A DNA stretch of 63,991 bases, filler included, from Ionaspis alba (lineage: Eukaryota), in assembly GCA_964255285.1 (NCBI GenBank). It is 8 parts of 8 records of this genome, joined end to end, with 100 filler letters (N's around TTAATTAATTAA, not from the genome) between each part and the next. Parts side by side here need not be neighbours in the genome. Positions count along the whole stretch, not along the records: positions 1 to 8,002 come from CAXUUL010000780.1; positions 8,103 to 16,101 come from CAXUUL010000781.1; 6 more parts are not named here. One strand, given 5' to 3'. The translations under genes were made by a program, and so were the position numbers. Below, one piece after another: positions 1 to 12,551 of the stretch (positions within the stretch are counted from its first letter, which is position 1; each line of letters starts with the position of its first letter). The notes beneath the pieces were generated by a model. That model saw only the letters and a list, made by a program, of their open reading frames with translations. It was not told the DNA's origin and did not search any database.

Positions 1-2303
1 CCCCTCCTCCACCGCCATTCCTTGCCTTCTCCTAACACCCTTAACCGTAACCTTCTGCTCTCCACCCCCATGCCACCACCTCAGCACCTGCACCGACGCA
101 CCCTCCACCCCCTCAACACTAATACTCCACTTCCCGCCACTAACCACGACCTCCGTCGTTCCACGCGGGAAATGGAACTCAGGCAGGAACATCTCCGTCG
201 CCGAGCCTTCGGTCGCGCCCTCCTCGCAGGTCAGACTCAACGTGAATGTCGCGTTGCGTAAGTCGAAACCGTAGTTCACGACCCGGCCTACGGTTGCGAT
301 GGGGGAGGGCCGCACGTAGGCTTCTGCGGCGCGGTAGCCAGGGTTGCTGCCTAGATCGGCGGGGGTGGTGAAGCGGGTTGTGGAGACCATGGAGGGGGTT
401 TTGAGAGCGGTTTTGAGGTTGGTGGTGCTGACCATGGATTGGGTTTCTGCGGAGCGGGATTCGGAGAAGGAGGGGGAGTTGCGGTCAAGGGAGATAGTAG
501 ACGCGGTCGCCGACTTGGAGGACGGATTTGACAGCGCGGAGGCCGGGAGGGGTTTGTCGTCGACGGAGAATATCGACAAGTCTTCCCCATTCCACAAGTC
601 CCCCCATTCGTGGTTGTTTTGCGTCATGTAAACCCAGAGCGTGAAGCCGTTGACACCACTACCCTCAAGTGCGAAATGGTTCGCGTCCATGGCAAGGGTT
701 TGGCTTGTGTAGTCGCCGGTTTTGTACGCATATTTGTCGTCCATATCGTAAGGGATGCCGATCTCCGTAAAGATGCATGGATGGTTTCCCATGTTGTCGA
801 GGCCTTCTTTTTTCATGGCTGTCAGTTGGTCTCGGAAGCAGTTCCGGATGGCGGTTTCACCGACTTTGATGGCGAAGGCGGGGGTGAGGTAGCGGCCACG
901 GAGGATACCTAGGACGTCGACGTTCCAGTAGCGGTTCCTGTGGGATGGTTAGTTCGTCTGTTGAATGACGGATGCATCGTACATTACCATTTTTTCGTCA
1001 TTAGAGTGATGCCGTCGTAAAAGTGAGGAGCGTATACCATGTTAGGATCATCATCTTTGGTTCCCTTTATAGCTGGTGGGATCTCCAGTACTGGTGGTTG
1101 ACAAAACATGATTGCGTCGGGATGTATCTTGGTAATAGCATTTTTATATCGTCTATAGTGGTCCATGAAATAATGATTTGTGAAGTACTCGTAATCAATC
1201 TTTGCTCCTGTTTCGGGATGCTTCGCGAAATACTCCTTCTTGAGTAGATCATCTCCTTTTGGGTCCCAGATACCATGCTGAGCCCATAGACATTCTCCAA
1301 GCTTCCAGTCGGGATGTCGTTTCCAGCCGTATTTTGTATCATCATAATCGGCCGATAACCATGCGGATTGACCCTTAGGGTCCACTAATTGCGTCCCGGA
1401 TTTGTAAGGCCCAAGTCCACCGACATCCCATGTGTCAACCTCACAAGATCGTCCAGACCCTGTCAAGATGGCTTGCCACGCAGTTGGCGATGTTCCCTTC
1501 TGCAATTTTTGTTCAGACGGTATAGCTTGAAGGTCGGGCCAGCCGACTAGTCCTCGATTAGGTTCGTTCATACTTTCCCATCCAATCACAATATCATTCA
1601 AGATGTCGCCGGCCTCTTGTATCCGCTTGGCAAGATGTGCACAAGCGTTCACAAAATGGTCCTGCAAGTAATCCTGGATGTTCTTGCCATCAATGATTGC
1701 TTTTGGAGCAAAATCTTTACCGGCGAAGAACAAAGTGAACAGTACTTGACAAGCTAGTCGTGTATAGTTCGTTGACCAGATCATCTTTGGAAAGTTTGCT
1801 GGATCTGAGTATGTGTTGTGCACAAGGGCGGCTTCGGTGGCGTTGAACGCCTTCGGATCGAGACCAACAGCGTAAATGGTCCACATTGGAGCCCCCGAGC
1901 CGCCGGTGAACCTCGACCAAACATCCTGATGCGGATCCATGAATATGTAGAATCCATAGTCCTTTGCCAGTCTCAACACAGCTATTGTATGTTGTATCCA
2001 CTCTTCGTCATACTGGCCAGGTCCAGCATGCTCGATTGCTTCCCACGTAAAGATGTACCGTATCGTATTGTAACCGTATCTCCTCAGTCTTGCAAAGTGT
2101 ATATGAGCTTCGTCGGCGTGAAACGGTCTCCCAACAAAAGATACTTCGTCCCCTTCAAAGAACCTTTCGACTATATGGGAGGGAATGTCTGGATTGGCAG
2201 GAAGCTTGGCATCTGCAGCACAATTGATCCCTCTCAAGGTGACCTCTCGATTTTTTGAGTCGCGAAAGATTCGCCCATCGATTCGCAGTCGTAGTGGTGC
2301 CAT
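1..2303 (-). CDS. GH5 endoglycoceramidase-related / steryl-beta-glucosidase (EGCrP2/Egh1-like), 3' end cut off by the window start
   Basis: ATG at 2303 (MAPLRLRIDGR). Motifs RYIFTWEAIEHAGPG, DPHQDVWSRFTGGSGAP and catalytic ESMNEP. GT-AG intron 938-987 gives ...TKKW/NRYWNVDVLGILRGRY..., and the frame continues toward the window start. Confidence 0.88.
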
Positions 2304-2728
2304 GGGCACGAGGATTTGTTGTTGACTTTCGTTCCGCCGAGGTCTTTCGCTTTTCTTGATCGCGATTTTATGGAAACGAAGGAAGAAACCATATAAACAG
2401 AACGAAGCCCAGTGGTAGGCGTTTAGAGGGCTCAGACTGAAGAGTAAACACCTTGTTGGGTGTAACTAACAAGCACTTCACTCTCTGACAAGGTCGAAAC
2501 TCGGTCCTAACTCTAGGACATGGGTAGGGCTAACCACAAGATCTATCCTTGTGCATGACGTTAATGGGTTCATCGGCGGAGAATGACCGACTCTCCGACA
2601 TCAACAATATTTGTATCTTGCACTTCTTCGTTCCGCACTGGTGTTCAAGTCATGGGTTGAGGCTTTCTCAACAGCCTAGATAAACTCTAGGATTATATCA
2701 GGCACCGCTTGACTCGTGCGGAGCATCA

Positions 2729-5700
2729 ATGTCTTCGTCTAAGGCTGCTCTAAAGGCTGCGAAAGCAGCAATAGATGCGCACAAATATGATGAAGCAGTG
2801 AAAGAGGCACATAAAGCCTTAGCTATCGACTCCAAGAACTATCACGCGTCGGTTCGAGTGTTCTCTTTCATGTCATCTTTTCTGACCTGTTTTCCTCAGT
2901 AACGTTTTCCTTGGTCTTGCTCTTGAGAAGCAAGAGAAGGAGGAAGAATCCGAGAAAGCTTACAATGCCGCTGCATCAGCCAAGGGAAACGACCCTCTGG
3001 CGTGGCAAGGTCTCATAACACTCTATGAGAAGCAGGGCAACAAGAAGATCGACGAGTACCGGAAGGCTGCTCTGCATCTCGCTGAGTATTACATGTCGTT
3101 GTATGACTTCCTACTATTATATATCGATGACGAGCACTAATCATATATGGTTGCAGGGATGACAAAACTCGCTGTCAGACTGTCGTGGACAAATATGTGG
3201 GTTTTGCGAGGCAGCATGGCAGTCGGACCCAGTACAAACAGGCTCTAGAGATGATGCTTCCTACTAGTAGTGTCTACGATTTTCTAGAAGGTCGAGTTCC
3301 AAATCCTGCATATACCTATACGAAAGTTTCAGAGATTATCGAAGCAGAGGAGAAAGAGCGGATCAACAAGGAGATTGGAGAGCGCCGGACAAGGCTAGGG
3401 GCAAAGATTGGGCAAGTCACAACTGATGTCAAGAGGGAGGTTTTGGAGGCAAGCAATCTCGAACAAATATACAACCATATCATCGACTGGACGAGTGATG
3501 ATGATCAGCGTCGTCTATACGAAGAGAAGGTCCTCCAACGTGCCTACGATACATTAGCTGTTCTCCCACTCGATCGGAAGAGCGACAAACGGGCCCAAGT
3601 GGTGAAGTTGGCTGAAGGTCTTGTCATATTGAAACACCCGTTTGCGTTGGCTTGGACTATCTCGCTGGAATGGAGAGACGTTGAGAGAACGGAAGAGTGG
3701 GACGCAAGTCTTTTAGAAGAATACATCGAGCTCTTTCCGGAAGATGGTCTGAGCAAAGTACTCAAAGCTTACCTGGGTAGTGAGATATCTCCATTTCCCA
3801 AAAAGTCAAGGAATAGCAAGAGAGGTGTAGATGAGGATGAAGAAGACTTACAAGCAATCACTCCTGAGGACCGGCTGATCCTCATGACTGAAGGAGTCGA
3901 AGAAAGCTCCAAATCAGCAATGTCGCAACGAATGATGGGAGAATACTTCTTGCACCTGGACGAATACTCAAGTGCAGTAGAGACAGCTAAGAAGGCTGCG
4001 GAACTGATTAGGTTGGAGAGTCAGATCTGTGGTTTAGATTTTCAGAACAATCTAGATGCTATCAACATTATACTAGCTACAGCACTCGTGCAACATCAAT
4101 CGCCAAGGAATCATCCCGAAGCAAGAGCTATCTTCGATGACATACTTGAGCGTAAGCCGAAGAACACATCAGCTCTTATTGGAATTGGACTTATTCTAGA
4201 GGAAGAGGAGGATTACGAATGGGCGATTGAGTTTCTATCTCGAGCTTTGAAAGGCAACTACGACGTCAAAGTTCGAGCCGAGTTGGCGTGGTGCAGAGCT
4301 CTCACTGGTGATCATGCGGCTGGACTGAAGGATCTTGAAGGTTGTCTACCTGACCTGGAAGAGTCTGACGTCCGCACCAAAGACCTCAGATCGCAAACAC
4401 TCTATCGGATCGGTATGTGCATCTGGAACACCAATACTTCGAGATCAGCTCGTAAGGATCGAAATGGAGCTTATGCTAGCTTCCTAGCGTCTCTGAAGGC
4501 AAACTTGAATTTTGCACCCTCATACACTAGCCTCGGGGTATACTACGCAGATTATGGCAAGGACAAGAAACGTGCACGGAAATGCTTCCAGAAAGCTTTC
4601 GAGCTATCTCCTTCCGAGACCGAAGCAGCAGAGCGGCTGGCCAGATCTTTCGCCGACAAAGCGGAATGGGACCTTGTCGAGGTTGTTGCACAACGTGTGA
4701 TATCATCTGGGAAAGTTCGGCCACCGCCAGGGTCCAAGAAAAGGGGCCTCAGCTGGCCTTTTGCAGCCTTGGGTGTGTGCCAATTGAACAGTCAGGACTA
4801 TGCAAAGAGCATTGTCTCGTTCCAGTCAGCTCTACGAATATCACCGGAAGACTTCCATTGCTGGGTTGGGTTAGGGGAAAGCTACCACAACTCGGGTCGC
4901 TATATTGCTGCAACCAAGGCTTTCGAACAAGCACAGAGAGTAGACAAAGCGGCTAGCAAAGATCATGAAGGGGATAATTGGTTCGCTCAATACATGCTTG
5001 CAAACGTCCGCAGAGAACTAGGGGATTTCGACGACGCAGTGGCCGGATACGAAGTTGTGTTGTCTTCGAAGCCAGCAGAGTCAGGTGTTGTACTGGCGTT
5101 GCTACAGACGCATGTTGAAAGTGCCTGGAGGAGCCTCGAACTTGGCTTTTTTGGACGTGCCGCAGAAAGCGCGGGAAAGGCAATCAGTGTGGCCAAAATG
5201 GTCGTGCAATATCGACCAGATGCATTCAATCTTTGGAAAGCGGTGGGAGAGGCATGCTCCATATTCTCATGGATCCAAAGCTATCTATCCTCCTTTCCTC
5301 TGGCAGACTTACACACGATCTTAAGGACAAGTACCGAGCCAGACATGTATGATAAGCTTACAGATATTGACGGCATAGGAGAAGCTGCCGTGCAATCACC
5401 CGAGGACAAACAGTTACCATTCATCACCATTTGCCTTCAGACCTCTATTCTAGCTCAGAAACGTGGCATCCACGTCTGTGCCCACGACGTCCATGCTCAG
5501 GCAGTCGCATGGTATAACCTGGGCTGGACCGAGTATAGAGCGCATGTCTGTCTCGCCGGGGATTTAGTGAAGCCTTCCAAGAAGCAGAGTCACCAGTATC
5601 TGAAAGCATCTGTGCGATGTTTCAAGCGAGCCATTGAGCTAGAAGCTGGAAATGCCGAGTTCTGGAATGCCCTTGGGATAGTCACGACACATCTGAATCC

Positions 5701-7042
5701 CAAGGTGTCACAACATGCCTTTGTTCGAAGTCTGCATCTGAACGACAAATCTGCTAGAGTGTGGACGAACATAGGGACTCTATATCTGCTCCAAAATGAC
5801 CATCAGCTGGCAAATGAGGCTTTCACACGTGCTCAATCGTCTGATCCTGATTTTACTCATGCTTGGCTTGGTCAAGGAATATTGGCTCTTTTGTTGGGTC
5901 AAGCTCATGAGGCTCAAAGCTTGTTCACGCATGCTTTTGAAATTGCAGACTCTACTTCGATGGTTACGAAAAGGCTATATGCTTCCTCGACCTTCGACTA
6001 TCTACTGTCCTTAAATGACGGCCAGAATCAGATCTTAGAGGTACTACAACCATTGCTCGCCCTTCATCAGCTGAGGTCCCAAAACCCTACTGATGTCGTC
6101 TTCGAACATCTATCAGCTCTCTTTTTGGAACGGGTAGAAGATTTCACCGGTGGTCTACTTGCACTGGACTCCGTTTGTGCCAATGTTGAGGCAGAGTACG
6201 AAGTGTCAGAGTCCCCAGTATCTCTTGCAAGATTCGCTCAGGCCAAGGCAGACCTAGCTCGTGCTCAGCTTATCGCTGGTGAATTCGACACTGCTGCTGA
6301 AAGTGCTAATACTGCTCTTGACCTGTCTGCAGAAGAGGACTCCGGTACTGCTGATCCCGAAGCTCGCAGGAAGTACCGTCTTTCTGCGCATTTGACTGCA
6401 GGCCTGGCATACCACTACACTGCTGAAATCGATCAGGCAATTACTATGTTCAGGACCGCTTTGGAAGAAACCGACAGCAATCCCGACGCAGTATGCGTTC
6501 TTGCTAAAGTGCTCTGGGCCAAGGGCGGAACGGAGGAGCGCAATGTAGCCAGAGAACAGCTCTTCGACTGCGTTGAGAAGCACCCCAATCACGCCGGCGC
6601 GATCCTCCTGCTCGGAGTCATAGCATTACTCGATGATGACAAGGAGACCATGGAAGCTGTATCTGCCGATCTGCAGGCTCTGCGGACCCAAACAAAACTT
6701 GGGGAGCAAGAACAGCGGAGCATTGGACAGCTCTTGACGGCATTCGCTGCCTCAGTCCCTGATCAGGATGCCCGAGAAAATGCTGAGATTTCTGAAGCCA
6801 CAACAGCGGTCATGTTAGCACCTTCTCAACCTCATGGCTGGGGACAGCTTGCAAATGTTACCGAAGAGATATATCCGGCGGAGATGGCATTGTTGATGGC
6901 TGTCGGTGCTGCTCCGCCTAAAAGTACCTTGAGCGCAGAAGATTTGTGCAGAGCGTATGCCGGGACGAGTCGAATCGGTGATTCACAGCGGGCTGTTATG
7001 GTCGCCCCATGGGTAAGCGCTGGGTGGGAAGGTCTGGCCTGA
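2729..7042 (+). CDS. SKI3: Ski complex TPR subunit Ski3 (TTC37-like)
   Basis: ATG 2729 (MSSSKAALKAAK); introns 2848-2899 and 3101-3156; long TPR-rich frame including KRARKCFQKAFELSP, FQSALRISPEDFHCWVGLGESYHNSGRY and C-terminal AVMVAPW. Confidence 0.92.
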
Positions 7043-7249
7043 AATGAATATATGACGGAGTATGATGTTACACGATGTGGATGATGGATGTCTACATCTG
7101 ATTGTGTCTATGAGGAGTGGAAATTAGAGTGCTATTCCACATGTCGGCGTCTCGATACCCACAAAAGATCAATGAAACCGTTTTAAACAATCACAGATCC
7201 CAAGTTCGGTAGCTCTTACGGTAGAAAATGGCCTCCCATACTGACATCG

Positions 7250-8002
7250 CTAACTTGCAACCTCCGTATCCCTTTCCGCAAACGCCTTCTCACATGCTAA
7301 TCGCACATCTTCAGCGCCACCCACCCCCTTCCACTTATCGAGCAGTGCCCTGACCTCCTCCCAATCCCTCTCTGCCGCCTCTTTCTCACCCCTGCTTATC
7401 TCCTCTCTCAGCCGGCGCGGAGTATCCAGCACCCATTTCACCGTCTGCCTCTGCGCTTCCTTCTCAGCCCCACCTGCGAAGTGCTTTCGTTTCTCCTCGC
7501 GCTCTTTCAACGAAGCTGCTAAAGAGGATGCTGTTTCTGCTATATGTGCTATGGCAGGAGAAAGTGTCGAAGTTGTAGGTGTTAAGGGATCCATGTTTGC
7601 CCGCATCTACACTGAATCAGATCCAGTGTGCGTATATTGGCGTCCACGCTGCTCTAGGACAGAGAGAAGGATTAGGAGAAGAGAGGTCTACCTTCCGGAT
7701 CGTCTCAGTTGCCGTAATCAATTTAGAATAGTTGTCGTAGACCAGTGCCTTCCGCTCGCCATCCAGGCCCTTGATCTCTTTGCCTGTGGATCAGCATTCA
7801 GTCTTCTCAAACTATCCTCGGCCAGCCTGCCAGTATTCTCAGCTGCATGGCTGTCTCCTTCTCCTTGCCCTTCCACCTCATTCTCTTCTGTTGTCCAGCC
7901 TGCCTCTCCACCTCCACTCCCTCGACACAAAAAGGGATGACCTACCACCAATCAGCCTCGCCTCGACCCTCAACACGCCTTCCAAGCCCTCCCTGCCCAG
8001 CA
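7250..8002 (-). CDS. VPS51: Vps51/Vps67-domain protein (GARP/EARP subunit), 5' end truncated
   Basis: Spliced frame ...GLEGVLRVEARLIG/EIKGLDGERKALVYDNYSKLITATETIRK/MRANMDPLTPTTSTLSPAIAHIA...; ALVYDNYSKLI is the Vps51 signature. Introns about 7787-7945 and 7607-7692. Confidence 0.82.
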
Positions 8003-8102
8003 NNNNNNNNNNNNNNNNNNNNNNNNNNNNNNNNNNNNNNNNNNNNTTAATTAATTAANNNNNNNNNNNNNNNNNNNNNNNNNNNNNNNNNNNNNNNNNN
8101 NN
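8003..8102. other. Artificial scaffold-joining linker
   Basis: N44-TTAATTAATTAA-N44, which puts stop codons in all six frames. Confidence 0.98.
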
Positions 8103-8145
8103 AGGGCATCAGGGAGTATTCCGCTTCTGGACGCGGTCTACTACT

Positions 8146-9724
8146 TCACAGCTTCGAAAAAGAAGTAGCCACAGCTCCCGTCATATCCACCAAGGTACTC
8201 CTCTCCCTAACCCACGCTTCAATGCCCTTCCTACCGTTTTCCACTCCTAGCCCACTCATCTTCCACCCGCCCACACTCATCTCCGCCGGGCTTTCGCCCC
8301 ACGTGTTCACCCAAGTAATCCCAGCCTGCAGCCTCCCAATGACCTGGTGCGCTAGATTGAGATCCCTAGTGAAGACACCGGCAGCGAGACCCAGAGGAGT
8401 GGCATTTGCCCGCCGGACAGCTTCGTCCACTGTGTCGTAGGCCAGAATACACATAACGGGGCCGAAGATCTCTTCTTTAGTGATCTTCATATCATCCGTG
8501 CAGTCCGTAAAAATGGTAGGCTGAACCCAGAAGCCGTCTTCACACTGGCGGGGAATACCATCAGGTTTGTCAAGGCCTCCATATATAATCGTTGCTTGGT
8601 CGACTTCGATGCCGTGTTTGATGTAGCCCAGGACTTTTTCATGGTGGAGCTTTGATACAAGAGGTCCGAGGTTGGTCCGGGGGTCCATCACGTCTCCTAC
8701 TCGCACGAATTTCATCTTCTCCAGTAATTTCTTCTCGAAAGCTGCCTTCAACTTCTTGGGCACGAAGACTCTTGTTCCATTTGTGCACACCTGACCGCTG
8801 GAAAAGAAGTTTGCCATCATCGCCCCGTCCACAGCCAGCTCCAAATCGACGTCTTCGAGCACAAGCAATGGACTCTTACCGCCCAGCTCCATCGTCACGT
8901 ACTTCATACTTCCAGCGGCGGAAGCTGCGACCTTCTGGCCGGTTGACACTTGTCCCGTGAATGATACTTTTGCAATTGAGGGATGAGAAGTCAGGTAGGC
9001 GCCGACCTTGCCATCGCCGTTGACGACATTGAAGGCACCTGGTGGAAGACCAGCCTCGTTGTAGATCTCTGCGAGGATGCGGCCATGGAGAGGAGTGAAT
9101 TCGGAGGGTTTGTAGACCATCGTGTTGCCCGCTGCAAGGCAAGGTGCAGATTTCCAAAGAGCTCTACGAGTTACACAACTTCAGCTCTGGAATCTCAAAC
9201 ACAAGCTGTGGATTTCGTGCATTTGATATAGCATACATCTGTATAGGATAATTCCATGCTCCTATGCCACAGCACACCCCGAGAGCTTCTTTCTTTGTGT
9301 ACACCCAGACATCGTTCCGCAACTGCGTTGTCTCTCCATTCAGGCCACCTCCTCCCACTAAATTCGCATAGTACTCTAGGACATCCGCGCCCGTCACCAC
9401 GTCGACTGCTGACGTCTCGCTGAATGGCTTGCCTGTATCTAGAGTTTCAATTTTCGCAATCTCGTCATTTCGCGATCGGAAGATTCTTGCCGCCTGATGA
9501 AGAATTCGGGAACGCTCAACGGCCGGTGTGGTAGACCAGCTAGCAAATGCCTTTTCGGCGGATGCAATGGCCTTGTCGATGTCGGCAGGAGAGGCTGATT
9601 GGACATCTGCTAATGGCAGACCGGTGGTGGGGTCAATTGTTGGGAATGTGGTTTCGGTTTGAGCGTTTTGGGGAGCACCATCATAGAAGAGCGGACGAGG
9701 GGAGAAAGGAAGAGAGCGAGACAT
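8146..9724 (-). CDS. Betaine aldehyde dehydrogenase (ALDH9/BADH-like) with C-terminal SKL
   Basis: ATG 9724; intron 9164-9236 (NYPIQI/ALWKSAP); motifs [28 protein letters not shown] and EEIFGPV; ends ...ATSFSKL*. Head-to-head with choline oxidase. Confidence 0.88.
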
Positions 9725-10454
9725 GCTAGCAGGCAATGAGATCACTTATGAAGGCCAACCACACGAGAAAAGAGATGAAGGGTGAAGGGAAAGCGCTGAA
9801 CTCCGAGTCAACTTCCAGGAAGTCCTGGGAGCAGTACTCGTGACGAAGGGTAAGTAGAAAACGAAGAACAAGAGGCAATACAATCTTCATAGATCCTGTA
9901 GTCATGAGCACCTTTTTCTGTGATCAACGCTGTAGAAGAAATAATACCTTCGAAGCTCTCCACCAAGATGGGTAAGGGGATATCTTAGCTACTTCCGCTC
10001 TAGCTCAGCCCTTCCGGTCTTGCTTCCGGACCGTGGTCGGACAAATTCTGGAAAGATTTTAGACACTACGTACCAACCAGGCGCTATACTCGAGCTCCCT
10101 CGGCAAAGCCTTGAGGGGAGAATTTGCAGATGTAAGACTTGAGTATCGCTGCTAGGGTGTTAGTGGAGCATCTCGATCCAGACCCGGCCCGGATTCTCCT
10201 CTCGGTGTAAGACTGACCATGGGGGAGGAATTCTTGGCTATGGAGCTTTCCAATGCAACGGCGATGAAAGCATATATTAATAGCTTCTCCTTGATTCCAC
10301 CTCTTCGTACTTTGCAGTCTGACTTACTTCATACCCCATCACCATAAGCGTCACCTTGAAAGCATAGAAGCTAACCATTGTATGGTGCTTGCTTATCCAT
10401 ACTATCCATTGAACCCTTCTGCTGGTGCCTGTGCATAGCATTGAGCTTATAATA

Positions 10455-12266
10455 ATGACAACAAATCAGCTATCAGCCTCAGAGGTCGATTCGTTCGACT
10501 ATCTGATCGTTGGAGGTGGAACGGCGGGCAAGCTTCAATAGCAGACTCGCCGCAGAATTCCAACTAATACTTCTATACAGGATGTGTGGTTGCCAGTAGA
10601 TTAGCAGAATACCTGCCGCATAAGAAGATTCTGCTCATCGAAGCTGGCCCAAGTGACTTCATGAATGATGACGTTCTGAAGCTGAAAGATTGGCTGGCAT
10701 TGTTGGGAGGCCCTCTGGATTATGGCTACGCAACCACAGAGCAACCCATGGGTGAGTAGGACTATTGGGGATTGAAATTCTGAAAAAAACTTGATCGGCA
10801 AGCTCGCTGGATTCCAATGAAGGCTGACCGTATCTAGGGAACTCTCACATTCCTCATTCAAGGGCAAAGGTGCTGGGGGGCTGTTCGTCACACAACACCT
10901 TGATCTCTTTCCGGAATTTCCGCTACGACTGCGAGGTCTGGGAAAAGGCTGGCTGTGTTGGGTGGTCATTCGAGACGTTCACCAGGCTGGTGGACAAGCT
11001 GCGCAACACTGTACAGCCTGTTCATAGCAGACATAGGAACCAGCTGTGCAAGGATTGGGTCGAGTCTTGCTCTACTGCTCTGAATATTCCCATCATCCAC
11101 GACTTCAACAAAGAAATCCGAACCACAGGCAACCTGAAGCAGGGAGTCGGCTTCTTCAGCGTGGCCTACTCGCCGTCGGTAAGCTAATGCTACAGCCGGT
11201 CCATCTTCTGATTTTATCTAGGGATGACGGCCGACGTTCGAGCGCTTCTGTTGCCTATATTCATCCGATGTTGAGGGGCGAGGAAGAGCATTCGAATCTG
11301 ACTATCCTGACCGAGTCGTGGGTTAGCCGGGTTAATGCGCAGGATTCCACAGTGACCGGAGTGAATATCACCCTAGTATCTGGCGATAATTTGACTTTAC
11401 GAGCCAAAAAGGAAACCATTCTTTGCGCCGGTGCAGTGGATACGCCCCGTCTTTTGCTATTGTCCGGTATAGGCCCAAAGAAACAGCTTCAAAGACTGGA
11501 TATTCCTGTCATCAAAGATCTTCCAGGAGTGGGAGAGAACCTGATTGATCATCCAGAATCTATCATCATTTGGGAGCTCAACAAGCCTGTTGACCATGAT
11601 GCAACAGTGATGGACTCCGACGCTGGCATCTTCCTCCGTCGAGAGGTCCCAAATGCAGCAGGCACCGATGGTGAAGTCGCCGATATCATGATGCATTGCT
11701 ACCAGATACCTTTCTGTGACAATACAGAACGTTTAGGATACTCGAAACCGGAACACGCCTTCTGTATGACACCAAATATTCCACGTCCGCGATCAAGAGG
11801 ACGATTATATTTAACCACCAAAGATCCAAAGGTGCATCCCGCGTTGGATTTTCGATATTTTACGGATCCTGAAGGCTATGATGCTGCCACCATAGTAGCA
11901 GGGTTGAAAGCTGCACGCAAGGTTGCGAAGCAAGAGCCTTTCCGCTCCTGGATCAAGTGTGAGAATGCACCAGGACCAAGCGTCACTTCTGACGAGGCCC
12001 TGAGCGAGTATGGACGTAAGGCAGCCCACACAGTATATCATCCAGCCGGGACAACGAAGATTTCTGGGGATGGTGACGCGTTGGGAGTTGTTGACTCTCA
12101 ACTTCGGATTCGAGGCCTGCGTAGAGTCAGGATAGCGGACGCAGGAGTATTTCCCGAGATGCCGAGCATCAATCCAATGCTCACAGTGCTAGCTATTGGT
12201 GAGCGGGCGGCGGAAATGATTGCAGAGGAGGCTGGCTGGAGATTGGATGAGAAAGCAAGGTTGTAG
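10455..12266 (+). CDS. codA: Choline oxidase (GMC oxidoreductase) with C-terminal ARL
   Basis: ATG 10455; spliced FDYLIVGGGTAG/CVVASRL; covalent-FAD motif RAKVLGGCSSHNTLISF; TVYHPAGT; INPMLTV; ends ...DEKARL*. Introns 10528-10580 (GC-AG), about 10753-10837 and about 11175-11221. Confidence 0.9.
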
Positions 12267-12551
12267 GTGCAAGACGAGGTCTTGATTTCCATGTAGATAG
12301 CCACTACAATTCGCATCACAGGCCCTGCATCTTACTACCAAGAACATGAACCGCATATGATAAGTTAGCATTATTTGGAGCTAGTAACACAATTACATGC
12401 ATATCTGCATGCGCGTCTGAGTCATTACGAATCCTTCTTCCATACTGCTGTGTCACGTGGGTACAAGCAGCTCTTCCGCTACAAGTATTGATATACAGCT
12501 CCTGTGTAGAGGAAGATCGAGCTGCCCGAGTCAGTTGTATGAATTCTGAAC

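Noticed and set aside
8047..8058. TTAATTAATTAA recurring every ~8 kb as a possible biological periodic motif, and ORFs ending in X...LIN
   Set aside because: Always centred in N-runs; it is a six-frame stop linker.
11175..11195. Possible stwintron (intron nested in a donor) in codA
   Set aside because: The internal GT..AG would be only about 17 nt, too short to splice.
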